From Alphaproteobacteria bacterium GWF2_58_20 (GTDB lineage: Bacteria > Pseudomonadota > Alphaproteobacteria > UBA1247): a stretch of DNA of 64,000 bases. Location: positions 23,612-87,611 of the forward strand of contig MEMB01000007.1 of the NCBI GenBank assembly GCA_001768735.1, in the 5' to 3' direction. Below the pieces are notes generated by a model. It was not told the DNA's origin and did not search any database. It saw only the letters and a list, made by a program, of their open reading frames with translations. Positions within the stretch are counted from its first letter, which is position 1. Each line of letters begins with the position of its first letter. Both the position numbers and the translations under genes were made by a program. This document shows positions 41,769-51,270 of the stretch, piece by piece.

Positions 41769-41903
41769 CGGGAATCCTTGCAAGGATAAGGAATCTTCCT
41801 GCCGGATGTTTTGGGTTCCCCCTTTTCAAGGGCAGACATTCAGGGTAGAGTAAAAATGTGATATTGTGCGAAACTTGTGAATGGTTTGTAATGGGGGGAT
41901 GAC

Positions 41904-44300
41904 ATGAAAGAATTTCAAAGGCGCGGGCGTGATGGGATCGTTTTCCTGTTTGCGGCAGGTGTGGTGATTGCTGTGGGGGCGATGGCCCTTCTCGGACGCA
42001 CGGCATTGGACCAGGCACGCCAGGAAACATCATCCCGCATTGTGACTTCCAAGGACATGTTGCGCATTCAGGATGCGATGCGCCTGTTTGTCAAGCGCAA
42101 CCAGCGCCTGCCTTGCCCGGCTGACGGGGCGGAATCCCTTTATTCGGATAATGGCAGTACGGAACGCTGGACGGCGGGCTACCGGAAATGCACTTTTGCC
42201 AGTGGCCATGACATGAGTTATGGTACCTTGCCGTGGCGGACGCTGGGCCTTCAGCCTGAGGATGCGCTCGACCGTTGGGGCCGACGCATTTCCTATCGCG
42301 CCTATGATGGCGATGGGGCTGGCATTGGCAGTTTGACATACGGGGAAGACATTTCCCCGACCTCCATCAAGCGGGGCATGAATTTCCTGGCGTGTGCCAA
42401 GGAAACCCTGGTGAGGGATCCTTCCCAATCCCCCACCTCCTCATTTAATACAACCATGCCGCCCACCAGCCACTGCGCCCAGGCGGCCATGACCGTTTAT
42501 ACAAATGATCTGGACAATCTTGACTTGTCCCTGCCGGCAACGGATCCCAGCTACGATGCGACCGGCTATGGCTGGCTTTACAACGAATTCCAGCGGCAGG
42601 AACTGATTGTTCCGCAGGTGGGGGGGCATGTCATCATCGGGACGGATGACCTGACCAGTGGAACGGAAGCCAATGATTACCGGCCCGCACTCGGCACCGG
42701 CACCGCCTACATGCTGATCTCGCATGGGGAAAACGGTCGTGGGGCCTGGCAGACATCCGGTGGGCAGAACAAGATGCCGGATTCTACGGATGAAAGCGAA
42801 AACGTGAATGCGAACACGGATTATATCGATCCGGGGTTCCGGGCCATCCACACCCTCAATGGAACGCAGGCGTTTGATGATATTGTGTTGACGGTTTCCG
42901 TTGAAAACCTGGCCAAGGAAGCTGGTCTCTGGATCAGCGATACTTATGATCCGGATGAATGGTCGCAGGCCATGCTGGACTATCTGGAAAGTGGTGGTGG
43001 GCCACAATATTTCGAAGACATGGATTTTGTGTATTTCCGAAAATCGGGTACGGCAAAGTCCGACCAGATCTCCTTCAATGAGAGCACCAGTCCGGAGGAG
43101 AACTTTATTGATTTTGGTTCGCCGACCACCGTGGGAACCAGCAATGACGGAATTGGCAGCGAGGTGATCCTGCGCAATTACCAGAGTGGCTGCGTGTGGC
43201 TGGACTTTCCTTTCCGCTGGACCCGGCAAACCATGAGGGCTTACTGGGAATTCCGGGTTTATGGTGGATCGGATTCGGCTGACGGTTATACCTTTGTCAT
43301 GGTGCCGGGAACAACAGTGACAACACCGGATGATTCGCCGTGCGGCAATTCCAAGGAAGGTGCGCTGTTTAGTTATTCGGATTATGTCAATGGCCTCATA
43401 CCGCCGGATTATGATCCCGCTCCTCCGGGCTATTCCTGGCCACACAAGCCGGTTGGTACCGATCTTGGTGCGATTGGTGCCAAGCCGTCAGATCCCCGCT
43501 ACAGTCCGCTTTATGAAGACAAGTTTCCCCAGCGGAAGATGGGGGTGGAGTTTGACTTTTACGCCTATGGCAATATTCGCAATGACCCGGCGAACAACCA
43601 CATCGCCGTGTTCCGGGAAAACTCCAACATCCATGGCAATCGCCTGTGCAGTGTGAATGCGCCTGGTTCGCCGCCGCAATCCTGCACGAATGACTGGACC
43701 TGGCAGGAAATATGGGGCACCAATCCCACCTGCTCTTTCGTCAGCAGTACGCCAGGGCAGCGCGGATGCGATATCGGCAATAATACCACCTGGATGGAAG
43801 ATCGTGATTATTGCAACATCAGTACGGATTTTTGCTGCATGCCGGGCACGGCAGGGAATAGCTGCAGGCACGATCATCCCAGCTGGGATGCCTGCAATTG
43901 CTGCATGGAGGACGATACTGCCTGCATCAATTATTTCAAAAGCCTGCGTCGTCCGCGTGTGACGCCGGACATCAGCGAATATCCCTACCGGGTGCGCATT
44001 GATGCCGACCGCTATTGCAACAGCAATTGCACGGTGTGCGGCGGCAGTGGCGGAGAATATGTCCATTTCAAATTGTGGACGGATTGCTCCACGGCAGCAT
44101 GTGCAGACATCCATACCCCTGCCAGCGCGTCCTTCGACAGTATTCCCGGCGTCAAGAGGCTGGATTATTGTTTCCGCGATCCGGGGATGGATGATGGCAA
44201 CATCAACCTGTTTGACACAGTCAAGGTCGGCTTTACCTACGGGACGGGTGCCAATATCAGCGGCATGCAGCTCAGCGGATTCAAAGTGGGGTCTGAATGA
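41904..44300 (+). CDS. large pilin-like / pilus-associated protein with Cys-rich C-terminal region (adhesin candidate)
   Basis: Hydrophobic pilin-like N-terminus. A shared domain with the next pilin (RLPCPADG ... LPWRTLGL). About 25 Cys in the C-terminal 300 aa. Confidence 0.55.
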   Translation: MKEFQRRGRDGIVFLFAAGVVIAVGAMALLGRTALDQARQETSSRIVTSKDMLRIQDAMRLFVKRNQRLPCPADGAESLYSDNGSTERWTAGYRKCTFASGHDMSYGTLPWRTLGLQPEDALDRWGRRISYRAYDGDGAGIGSLTYGEDISPTSIKRGMNFLACAKETLVRDPSQSPTSSFNTTMPPTSHCAQAAMTVYTNDLDNLDLSLPATDPSYDATGYGWLYNEFQRQELIVPQVGGHVIIGTDDLTSGTEANDYRPALGTGTAYMLISHGENGRGAWQTSGGQNKMPDSTDESENVNANTDYIDPGFRAIHTLNGTQAFDDIVLTVSVENLAKEAGLWISDTYDPDEWSQAMLDYLESGGGPQYFEDMDFVYFRKSGTAKSDQISFNESTSPEENFIDFGSPTTVGTSNDGIGSEVILRNYQSGCVWLDFPFRWTRQTMRAYWEFRVYGGSDSADGYTFVMVPGTTVTTPDDSPCGNSKEGALFSYSDYVNGLIPPDYDPAPPGYSWPHKPVGTDLGAIGAKPSDPRYSPLYEDKFPQRKMGVEFDFYAYGNIRNDPANNHIAVFRENSNIHGNRLCSVNAPGSPPQSCTNDWTWQEIWGTNPTCSFVSSTPGQRGCDIGNNTTWMEDRDYCNISTDFCCMPGTAGNSCRHDHPSWDACNCCMEDDTACINYFKSLRRPRVTPDISEYPYRVRIDADRYCNSNCTVCGGSGGEYVHFKLWTDCSTAACADIHTPASASFDSIPGVKRLDYCFRDPGMDDGNINLFDTVKVGFTYGTGANISGMQLSGFKVGSE

Positions 44301-45184
44301 GGATACGTAAACGCAAGGATGCAGGGTTTTCGCTGGTTGAACTGGCGGTGGTGCTCATTATTGTCGGTATCCTGACCGGTATGGGCATTACCAGCCTTTA
44401 TGCCTATATGGAACGGGAAAGCCGGGCCACCACCTTTGTGCGTCTGGATGCTGTTGAACAGGCCTTGTACCTTTATGCGGCCCGCAACAAGCGCCTGCCC
44501 TGTCCGGCAGATGGATCGCTTGCGGAAACCAATGCCAGTGCGGGGATTGAACAGCGCAGCGGCAATGTCTGCACCTCCGGTCTCCAGTACAGCACGGTTC
44601 CGTGGCGGGATCTGGGTCTTGCGCAAGGCGCCAGCTATGACGGCTGGAACCGCAAACTGACCTACCGGGTGTTTTATGATGCCACGGGAACGCCTGCGGG
44701 CCAGCGCGGGCTTGTGCGGCCGGGCGGAATGGACATGTCGCAGTGTGTTGCCAGTGCGGCCGACGATGGTGGGGCCATCACGGATTGTGCATCTGATGGC
44801 AGTACAGCCCCCATTGAGTTCCTGCGCAACAAGGGGTTGACCATACGCACCAATGTTGCACCGGCCGGTTCGGTCATTCGTTCGTCATCCACACCGGAAT
44901 ATGGTGGGGGGGCGGCTTTTGTCCTTGTCAGTCACGGGAAAAACGGCACTGGGGGGTATATCAAGTCGGGTGCCAATCCGGGACGGTCGGAATCCCCGCC
45001 GCTGAGTTCCCTGTCAGGGTATGTGATGGAGCTTGAAAATCTCGATTTTACAACGGATGACATTTACATTGATAGCCGCATGAGTGATGCACAAAATGCC
45101 GTGCCGGCGAATTTTTTCGATGACATCATCCGTGCCCCCAGCATTCACTGGGCGTCCGACAAAGCCAATTTGGGGCCGCAATAA
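44297..45184 (+). CDS. minor type IV pilin
   Basis: RKRKDAG|FSLVELAVVLIIVGIL prepilin signal. Paralogous to the previous gene (KRLPCPADG, VPWRDLGL). ATGA overlap. Confidence 0.75.
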   Translation: MRIRKRKDAGFSLVELAVVLIIVGILTGMGITSLYAYMERESRATTFVRLDAVEQALYLYAARNKRLPCPADGSLAETNASAGIEQRSGNVCTSGLQYSTVPWRDLGLAQGASYDGWNRKLTYRVFYDATGTPAGQRGLVRPGGMDMSQCVASAADDGGAITDCASDGSTAPIEFLRNKGLTIRTNVAPAGSVIRSSSTPEYGGGAAFVLVSHGKNGTGGYIKSGANPGRSESPPLSSLSGYVMELENLDFTTDDIYIDSRMSDAQNAVPANFFDDIIRAPSIHWASDKANLGPQ

Positions 45185-45513
45185 TGAAATGTCTTCTTGC
45201 CATGGTGCTGACGCTCCTGGTTCTGGAATCTGCCCCGGCCGTGGCCCTGGATGCGGGCATGGTCTGGGATGTGGCGCATCGCTGCTTTCGTCAGAAAGAT
45301 GGCGATGGCTCAAGCTGTGGTCTGACATGGCATGTGGATGTGCGGAACTATAGCGGGGACGAGGTAAAAATCACGCCACCGGAAACCGCCAAGGATATAG
45401 GGGCGCGTCTGGATGCCCAGATGGCAACCGAACAGAAACAGGTTGAAACGTTGCAGAAAAATGAAAATGTGGAGAAGGTCCGGGTATTGTTTACCGACGA
45501 AAAAATGCCATGA
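45184..45513 (+). CDS. small secreted protein
   Basis: Signal peptide LLAMVLTLLVLESAPAVALD. 109 aa. Confidence 0.4.
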   Translation: MKCLLAMVLTLLVLESAPAVALDAGMVWDVAHRCFRQKDGDGSSCGLTWHVDVRNYSGDEVKITPPETAKDIGARLDAQMATEQKQVETLQKNENVEKVRVLFTDEKMP

Positions 45514-45606
45514 GGCGGGATGGGGTTTCGAAGAAAAACAAGAGTGGATTTTTTTACGAATTTGCTTTAGATTTCAAAAGTTGAGCCATGATGGGATTGG
45601 AGACTC

Positions 45607-46971
45607 ATGAGTAGCCTTTTTGATGCCTTGGAAAAGTTGAAAAGAACCGGAAGCCGGGAGGAAACAAATATTTCCTCTCTGGATTATGACCGGCAATCGG
45701 CTGCGTCCATGGCGCTTAACATCACGCCAGAACCCCTCGCGCGCCTGAAATGGCGGCGGCGAATCCTGGTCCTTTTGCTGTTTGTCATTGCCCCCGTGAC
45801 GGTTGCCTATGTGGCGCATGTTTATGATGAAACCCTTCGTCGCCCAGGATCGCCGTCCCTCATGAACCGGATTGTTGCATTTGTCTCCGGAGAAGATGGG
45901 GTAAAGGATTATGTCCGCCAAGGCGTTGATTCGGCCAGAAGTGTCGCTACAGGAGTGGTTGGAAACCTTGACAAGCTGGTGGATCCCTATGGAAACCTGC
46001 CGGTTTCTGATACCTCTGTTCTGGTTCCGAAACCTCCAGCGCCTTCCGCAGCAGATGTTGCCGTGCCGGAGTTTGTTGTCCAGGAAGTTGGCGTCCCTGT
46101 CCAGAAATTGCCCGCGTCTTTCCAGAATGTCACGGCATCCTCCAATGATGGCGCTGCCTCTTCGATGGCGGGACCGTCCCTGAAGCCTCCTGTCCTTCCC
46201 GGCACAGCCAATCTTGACATTGACCGGTTGATTGGGGATCTTGCTCCGGCAGAAGATGGATCCGCTTTCGTGCCCACGATGACCGGGGTGCCTTTGCCGG
46301 ATGCCTATTCTCCCGTTCCGGATCATGTGGAACTGAAGCGCGGAACGGTTCCGGCCATTGGGGGCGAGGATGCTTCCCTTTCCGTTTCCTACCAGAAATC
46401 GATTGCCATGCGCGGTCTTTACGAAAATGCACAGGCGGCACTGGATGCGGGGGACAACCTGCAGGCGATGGATTTGTTCTCCCGGATCCTGGAACGCAAC
46501 CGGGATGATGAAGTGGCGCTCTTTGCGCTTGCGGTTTCGCAGCAAAAAGCGGGCATGCGCAAGGAAGCCATGACCTCTTATGCGCGCCTGCTGTCCTTGG
46601 AACCACAGAACCTTGATGCGCAGGCGAACAGGCTGGTCTTGCTTGGCCAGGAGAATCCCGTTGAAGCCACCGCCCGCCTGGAAATGCTGGTCAAAGGGAA
46701 CCCGGACTTTGTCTCCGGCTGGTCACAGCTTTCCGACCTTTATGCCCAGCAGGGGAATTTTGGGGCCGCCATTGCCGCTCGGCGACAGGTCATGTCCTTG
46801 CGTCCCCAAAGCCTTCCTGACCTTTATAACCTTGCTGTCCTTTATGACCGCAACAATGACCGTGATGCGGCCATATCCGCTTATCGGGCCGTCCTGAGGG
46901 CGGCGGGACGTGGGGGAGACGGATTGCCGCTGACCGAAATCCGCCAGCGTCTTGGCTATTTGGTGCAATAG
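45607..46971 (+). CDS. TPR-repeat pilus biogenesis protein (MshN-like)
   Basis: TM helix (ILVLLLFVIAPVTVAYVAHV) plus C-terminal TPR repeats. Directly abuts the ExeA-like gene. Confidence 0.6.
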   Translation: MSSLFDALEKLKRTGSREETNISSLDYDRQSAASMALNITPEPLARLKWRRRILVLLLFVIAPVTVAYVAHVYDETLRRPGSPSLMNRIVAFVSGEDGVKDYVRQGVDSARSVATGVVGNLDKLVDPYGNLPVSDTSVLVPKPPAPSAADVAVPEFVVQEVGVPVQKLPASFQNVTASSNDGAASSMAGPSLKPPVLPGTANLDIDRLIGDLAPAEDGSAFVPTMTGVPLPDAYSPVPDHVELKRGTVPAIGGEDASLSVSYQKSIAMRGLYENAQAALDAGDNLQAMDLFSRILERNRDDEVALFALAVSQQKAGMRKEAMTSYARLLSLEPQNLDAQANRLVLLGQENPVEATARLEMLVKGNPDFVSGWSQLSDLYAQQGNFGAAIAARRQVMSLRPQSLPDLYNLAVLYDRNNDRDAAISAYRAVLRAAGRGGDGLPLTEIRQRLGYLVQ

Positions 46972-47826
46972 ATGCTTTATCTTGATCACTTCCGCCTGAA
47001 ATCCGAGCCTTTTGGCCTGACCCCCAACCGTGCGCTTTATTATCCTGAAAACCATGCCCAGATCCTTGCTGCGCTGATGTATGCGATTGAGCGCGGAGAA
47101 GGGATCGTGAAGGTTGTCGGTGAGGTGGGAACCGGAAAAACCATGCTCTGCCGCCTGCTGTTGCAGGCTTTGGATGATTTTGCCGAAGTGGCCTACATCA
47201 CGGCGCCGCGCACGGATCCCCTGGCCATTGTCAAGAATGTTTGCAAGGATTTCGGAATCAAGGTTTCAGGGCATCAGGATCCGTTTGACCTCCTGTCTCA
47301 GCACCTCATTGATGTGCGCAAAACCGGGCGCAAATCCATCCTCGTGGTAGATGAATCGCAGGCGCTGGGCGCCCGTGGGCTTGAAGCGGTCCGTCTTCTC
47401 ACCAATTATGAAACGGATGATTCCAAACTTTTGCAGGTTGTCCTGTTTGGCCAGCCGGAACTGGATGACCTCCTGCGCCAGCGCGATTTGCGCCAGCTGG
47501 CCCAGCGCATCACCTTCAGCCTTTATACCCGCGCCTTTGACCGGGATGCCGTTGGCCGCTACATCCACCACCGGGTTTCCCTCTGCACCTATGCGGAATC
47601 GCCGCATTACCTGTTTTCCAAGGTGGCTCTTGACATGATTGCCCGGGAAAGCCGTGGGGTGCCGCGTGTCGTCAATATCCTGGCAGATCGTTCCTTGCTG
47701 GCCGCTTATGCCGAAGGGGCCAAACAGGTGCAGCGTCGCCATGTGCGTGTGGCGGTTCAGGAAGGCATGCTGTGGCCCGAGTCTCCGTCCTTCTGGGCCC
47801 GCATGGTGGAAGCCATCCTGCCCTGA
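46972..47826 (+). CDS. ExeA/GspA-like AAA ATPase (MshM-like)
   Basis: LYLDHFRLKSEPFGLTPN ... VGEVGTGKTMLCRLL is the ExeA family N-terminus with Walker A. Confidence 0.8.
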   Translation: MLYLDHFRLKSEPFGLTPNRALYYPENHAQILAALMYAIERGEGIVKVVGEVGTGKTMLCRLLLQALDDFAEVAYITAPRTDPLAIVKNVCKDFGIKVSGHQDPFDLLSQHLIDVRKTGRKSILVVDESQALGARGLEAVRLLTNYETDDSKLLQVVLFGQPELDDLLRQRDLRQLAQRITFSLYTRAFDRDAVGRYIHHRVSLCTYAESPHYLFSKVALDMIARESRGVPRVVNILADRSLLAAYAEGAKQVQRRHVRVAVQEGMLWPESPSFWARMVEAILP

Positions 47827-47859
47827 CGGGGAATTTCCCCTTGCTCTGGAGGTAAACCC

Positions 47860-48972
47860 GTGTTTGCACTTAATGACATCCTGCGTGAAGCGGTTCGGCA
47901 AAAGGCATCGGATATCCATCTTTCCAGTGGAAATCCGCCGATCCTGAGACTGGATGGCTTGCTTTCACCAATGCCCGGCGTGTTGGCGCGAACAGATGTC
48001 ATGCAGGCGCTCAAGGAAGTGGCGACGACACAACAGCTGGAAGATTTTGAAGGTAAGGGCGAGATTGACTTTTCCTTCGATTTTGACGGCCTGATGCGGT
48101 TCCGCGTGAATGCGTTTGAGACGCTGGAAGGCCCGGCCATGGTCATGCGGCTCATCCCCATGTCTCCGCCGACATTGCAGCAGATTGGTGCTCCGGCTGT
48201 CCTCAAGCAGATGGCGCATTTGCGAAAAGGGCTGGTGCTGGTGACAGGCCCAACGGGGTCGGGAAAATCCACCACGCTGGCCGCGATGATCAACTACATC
48301 AATGATGTCCTGCCCAGCCATATCCTCACGATCGAAGACCCCATAGAATACATTCACAAAAGCCGGCGTGCGCTGATCAACCAGCGGGAAGTGGGCCGGC
48401 ATTCCAGTTCTTTCCATAATGCGCTGCGTGGGGCATTGCGTGAGGATCCCAACGTGATCCTTGTCGGAGAAATGCGGGATCTTGAAACCATTTCGCTGGC
48501 GCTTACGGCTGCGGAAACCGGACATCTTGTGTTTGCCACCCTGCATACATCATCGGCTGCCAAGGCGGTGGATCGCATCATTGACGTTTTCTCGGCCAAT
48601 GAAAAGGCGCTGATGCGTACCATGGTGGCCAGTTCCCTGCAGGCGGTGGTCGCGCAGACACTTCTGCCAAGGGCAGGCGGTGGGCGCGTGGCGGCTTTCG
48701 AGGTGCTGGTTGCCAATCAGGCGGTGCGCAACCTCATTCGTGAAAACAAGATTTTCCAGATGGAAAGCATGATCCAGCTGGGGGCCAAGCATGGCATGCA
48801 GGGCATGAAGGAATCCATTCAGGAGCTGGTATCTTCCGGACAGGTGCGGGTTGAGGATGCCGAGGATCTCCTGCACGAGATAGAAGCTGACAAGAACGCC
48901 GGAGATGACGCCGGGGGCCGTGCGGGCGGATTGCATCAGCATCATCCAATGTCTGGGATGCCGCATCGCTAG
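47860..48972 (+). CDS. pilT: twitching-motility (retraction) ATPase PilT
   Basis: PilT N-terminus (NDILREAVRQKASDIHL), Walker A GPTGSGKSTT, His box and the AIRNLIRE-like motif. Confidence 0.85.
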   Translation: MFALNDILREAVRQKASDIHLSSGNPPILRLDGLLSPMPGVLARTDVMQALKEVATTQQLEDFEGKGEIDFSFDFDGLMRFRVNAFETLEGPAMVMRLIPMSPPTLQQIGAPAVLKQMAHLRKGLVLVTGPTGSGKSTTLAAMINYINDVLPSHILTIEDPIEYIHKSRRALINQREVGRHSSSFHNALRGALREDPNVILVGEMRDLETISLALTAAETGHLVFATLHTSSAAKAVDRIIDVFSANEKALMRTMVASSLQAVVAQTLLPRAGGGRVAAFEVLVANQAVRNLIRENKIFQMESMIQLGAKHGMQGMKESIQELVSSGQVRVEDAEDLLHEIEADKNAGDDAGGRAGGLHQHHPMSGMPHR

Positions 48973-49069
48973 AGCCTTGAGCGTTCATCTTGAATACCCC
49001 TGTTGCCTTGCGGCGGACTCATCCCAAGATCAACAGGAATTGTTCCATCCAAATGTTAAAGGCTTCAGC
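48969..49069. repeat. MITE-like element, short (internally deleted) copy
   Basis: Shares both ends (AGAGCnTTnAnCGTTCATCTTGAATACCCCTGTTGCCTT ... CATCCCAAGATCAACAGGnATTGTTC ... GTTAAA.GCT) with the element at 63595-63761. Confidence 0.6.
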
Positions 49070-49289
49070 GCTTCCGTTTTTCACATTTACGGGATTGACA
49101 GCCTTGCGATCATGCATGTTATGCTGATGGCCATGAACATGCATTCAGCAATATCCCTTGCCGGTTTCGGCATGGCGAAGATCTGGTGGGCCTTCTAACA
49201 GGCTCGCTGCTTTTGGACGTGTGTACGAATGGCTGCGGGAGATAAAAATTCCGCAGTCTTTTTTTATTTAAAATCAAAGGGAGGTCAGG

Positions 49290-50489
49290 ATGATGTCCGG
49301 AAAGAAAGAACAGGTTGAACATGGGTATTTTGGCGCCTACGGGGGGAAATTTGTTCCCGATGCGTTGGCTTCCCTGCTGGAGGGCCTGGGGCAGGTTTTC
49401 ACCGGAGCCATTGCAGAGGACTCCTTTCGGGAGGAACTGCAGGAGCTGCTGAAAGATTATGTCGGACGGCCATCCGCCCTGACCGAATGCCGCAATTTGT
49501 CTGAAGAATGTGGCGGGGGACGCCTTTTCCTGAAAAGGGAAGACCTCAACCATACAGGGGCACATAAAATCAACAATGCCCTTGGCCAGGCATTGTTGGC
49601 AAAACGGATGGGCAAGAAACGTCTGATTGCGGAAACCGGGGCGGGCATGCATGGCACAGCCACCGCAACGGTTGCTGCGCTCATGGGGATGGAATGCGTT
49701 GTGTATATGGGCGCTGTGGATGTGGCCCGGCAGGCGCCCAATGTGGCCCGGATGCGTGTTCTGGGAGCCAGGGTGGTTGCGGTTCATGATGGGCAGGGAA
49801 CCTTGAAGGAAGCGGTGGATGCTGCCTTGCAGGCATTCATTCAGGATCCGGAAGCCTTTTACCTGTTGGGTTCGGCGGTTGGTCCTGCGCCTTATCCAGA
49901 GATTGTCCGGTATTTTCAGAGTGTCATTGGAAGCGAGGCGCGGGCCGAAATCCTGCGACGGGAAGGGCGTCTTCCCGATGAGGTGGTGGCGTGTGTGGGC
50001 GGGGGCAGCAATGCCATTGGGTTGTTTTCCGCCTTCATGGATGATCCGGGGGTTGTCATGACAGGGGTTGAACCTGCCGGGAAAGGGCTCCAGTTTGGGC
50101 TTGGCGCACATGCGGCGACACTTTCAGCGGGTGCGCCCGGCATCATTCATGGTTTCCGGACGTATGTTCTTTCCGATGCGGACGGTAATCCTGCGCCCGT
50201 TCATTCTGTGGCTCCGGGGCTGGATTATCCCGGCGTCGGGCCGGAACATGCGTACCTCAAGGATATTGGGCGGGCGCAGTATGTTTCCGTTACGGATGCC
50301 GAGGCGCTGGCGGCTTTTTCACGCTTGTGCCGGAAGGAAGGGATCATCCCTGCGCTGGAGAGTGCGCATGCGCTGGCATATGCCCTGAAAGTGCTGCCGG
50401 AAATGAAAAAGGACCAGATTCTGCTTGTGAACCTTTCCGGTCGTGGCGACAAGGACCTGGAAACGGTACTGCCCATGCTGGGTCTCTGA
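49290..50489 (+). CDS. trpB: tryptophan synthase beta chain (stand-alone)
   Basis: GYFGAYGGKFVPD, the PLP-lysine motif HTGAHKINN and GGGSNAIG. No trpA adjacent. Confidence 0.85.
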   Translation: MMSGKKEQVEHGYFGAYGGKFVPDALASLLEGLGQVFTGAIAEDSFREELQELLKDYVGRPSALTECRNLSEECGGGRLFLKREDLNHTGAHKINNALGQALLAKRMGKKRLIAETGAGMHGTATATVAALMGMECVVYMGAVDVARQAPNVARMRVLGARVVAVHDGQGTLKEAVDAALQAFIQDPEAFYLLGSAVGPAPYPEIVRYFQSVIGSEARAEILRREGRLPDEVVACVGGGSNAIGLFSAFMDDPGVVMTGVEPAGKGLQFGLGAHAATLSAGAPGIIHGFRTYVLSDADGNPAPVHSVAPGLDYPGVGPEHAYLKDIGRAQYVSVTDAEALAAFSRLCRKEGIIPALESAHALAYALKVLPEMKKDQILLVNLSGRGDKDLETVLPMLGL

Positions 50490-50544
50490 AAAAGAAGGGG
50501 TGGGGCACGACAGGAGAAGATGGCGCGCTGCCCCATCCGCCGTT

Positions 50545-51270
50545 TCACTCCGGCGTTTTTTCCGAGATGACCTTGAGAAAGGCGCGTTCCAGCGTGGGTT
50601 CCCCATGCATGGTGCGCAATTCATGCGGACTGCCAACATAACGGATGCAGCCTTCGTGCAGAACGGCAATGCGGTCGCAGAGTTCTTCCATGTCCGCAAG
50701 AATATGGGAGCTGAAAAAAATGCTGTGGCCGGCATTTCGATAGCTGGTGAGGGCATCCTTGAGACCAATGCGGACCAAGGGATCAAGGCCACTCATGGGT
50801 TCGTCAAGAATGAGGAGAGGCCGTTTGGTCATCAGGGTGCCGATGAGGCCGATTTTCTGTCCCATTCCCTTGGAGAACGTGGTGATCTTGCGGGAAAGGG
50901 CCGTCTCATCCAGTCCCATCTTGTGTGCAAGGGTGATGGCGGCATCACGGTCGAGTGGCAGATGGTAATAGGCAAGGGTCAGCTGCAGGAATTCCCAGCC
51001 CCGCAAGTGGAGGGATGGCAGAAACTGTTCAGGCAGGAAAGCAAGGTTTTCCCGGCTCTTCTGATCTTCTGCGCTGTGGGAAAAGACGGAGATTTTTCCG
51101 GAATCAATGGCGTGGAGACCTGTCAGGGTTTTGATCAGGGTGGTTTTCCCTGCACCATTCAAGCCAACCAGGCCAAAAATTTCTCCGGGCATCACCGCAA
51201 GGTTGACATCATGCAGGATGCGTTTGCGGCCATAACCAGCCACAACATTTTCCATGGACAGGATGCTCAT
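50545..51270 (-). CDS. ABC transporter ATP-binding protein (last gene of the pilus assembly operon)
   Basis: Walker A GLNGAGKTTL, ABC signature LSGGMGQKIG-like (FSKGMGQKIGL) and Walker B LILDEP. ATGA overlap with the upstream PilP-like gene. Confidence 0.8.
   Translation of the reverse strand: MSILSMENVVAGYGRKRILHDVNLAVMPGEIFGLVGLNGAGKTTLIKTLTGLHAIDSGKISVFSHSAEDQKSRENLAFLPEQFLPSLHLRGWEFLQLTLAYYHLPLDRDAAITLAHKMGLDETALSRKITTFSKGMGQKIGLIGTLMTKRPLLILDEPMSGLDPLVRIGLKDALTSYRNAGHSIFFSSHILADMEELCDRIAVLHEGCIRYVGSPHELRTMHGEPTLERAFLKVISEKTPE

Noticed and set aside
49119-50111. 330-aa minus-strand ORF overlapping trpB
   Set aside because: Antisense to trpB.
50489-50545. Terminator hairpin between convergent trpB and the ABC ATPase gene (TGGGGCA ... 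TGCCCCA)
   Set aside because: The loop is ~21 nt and there is no U-tract on either side, so it is not a convincing intrinsic terminator.
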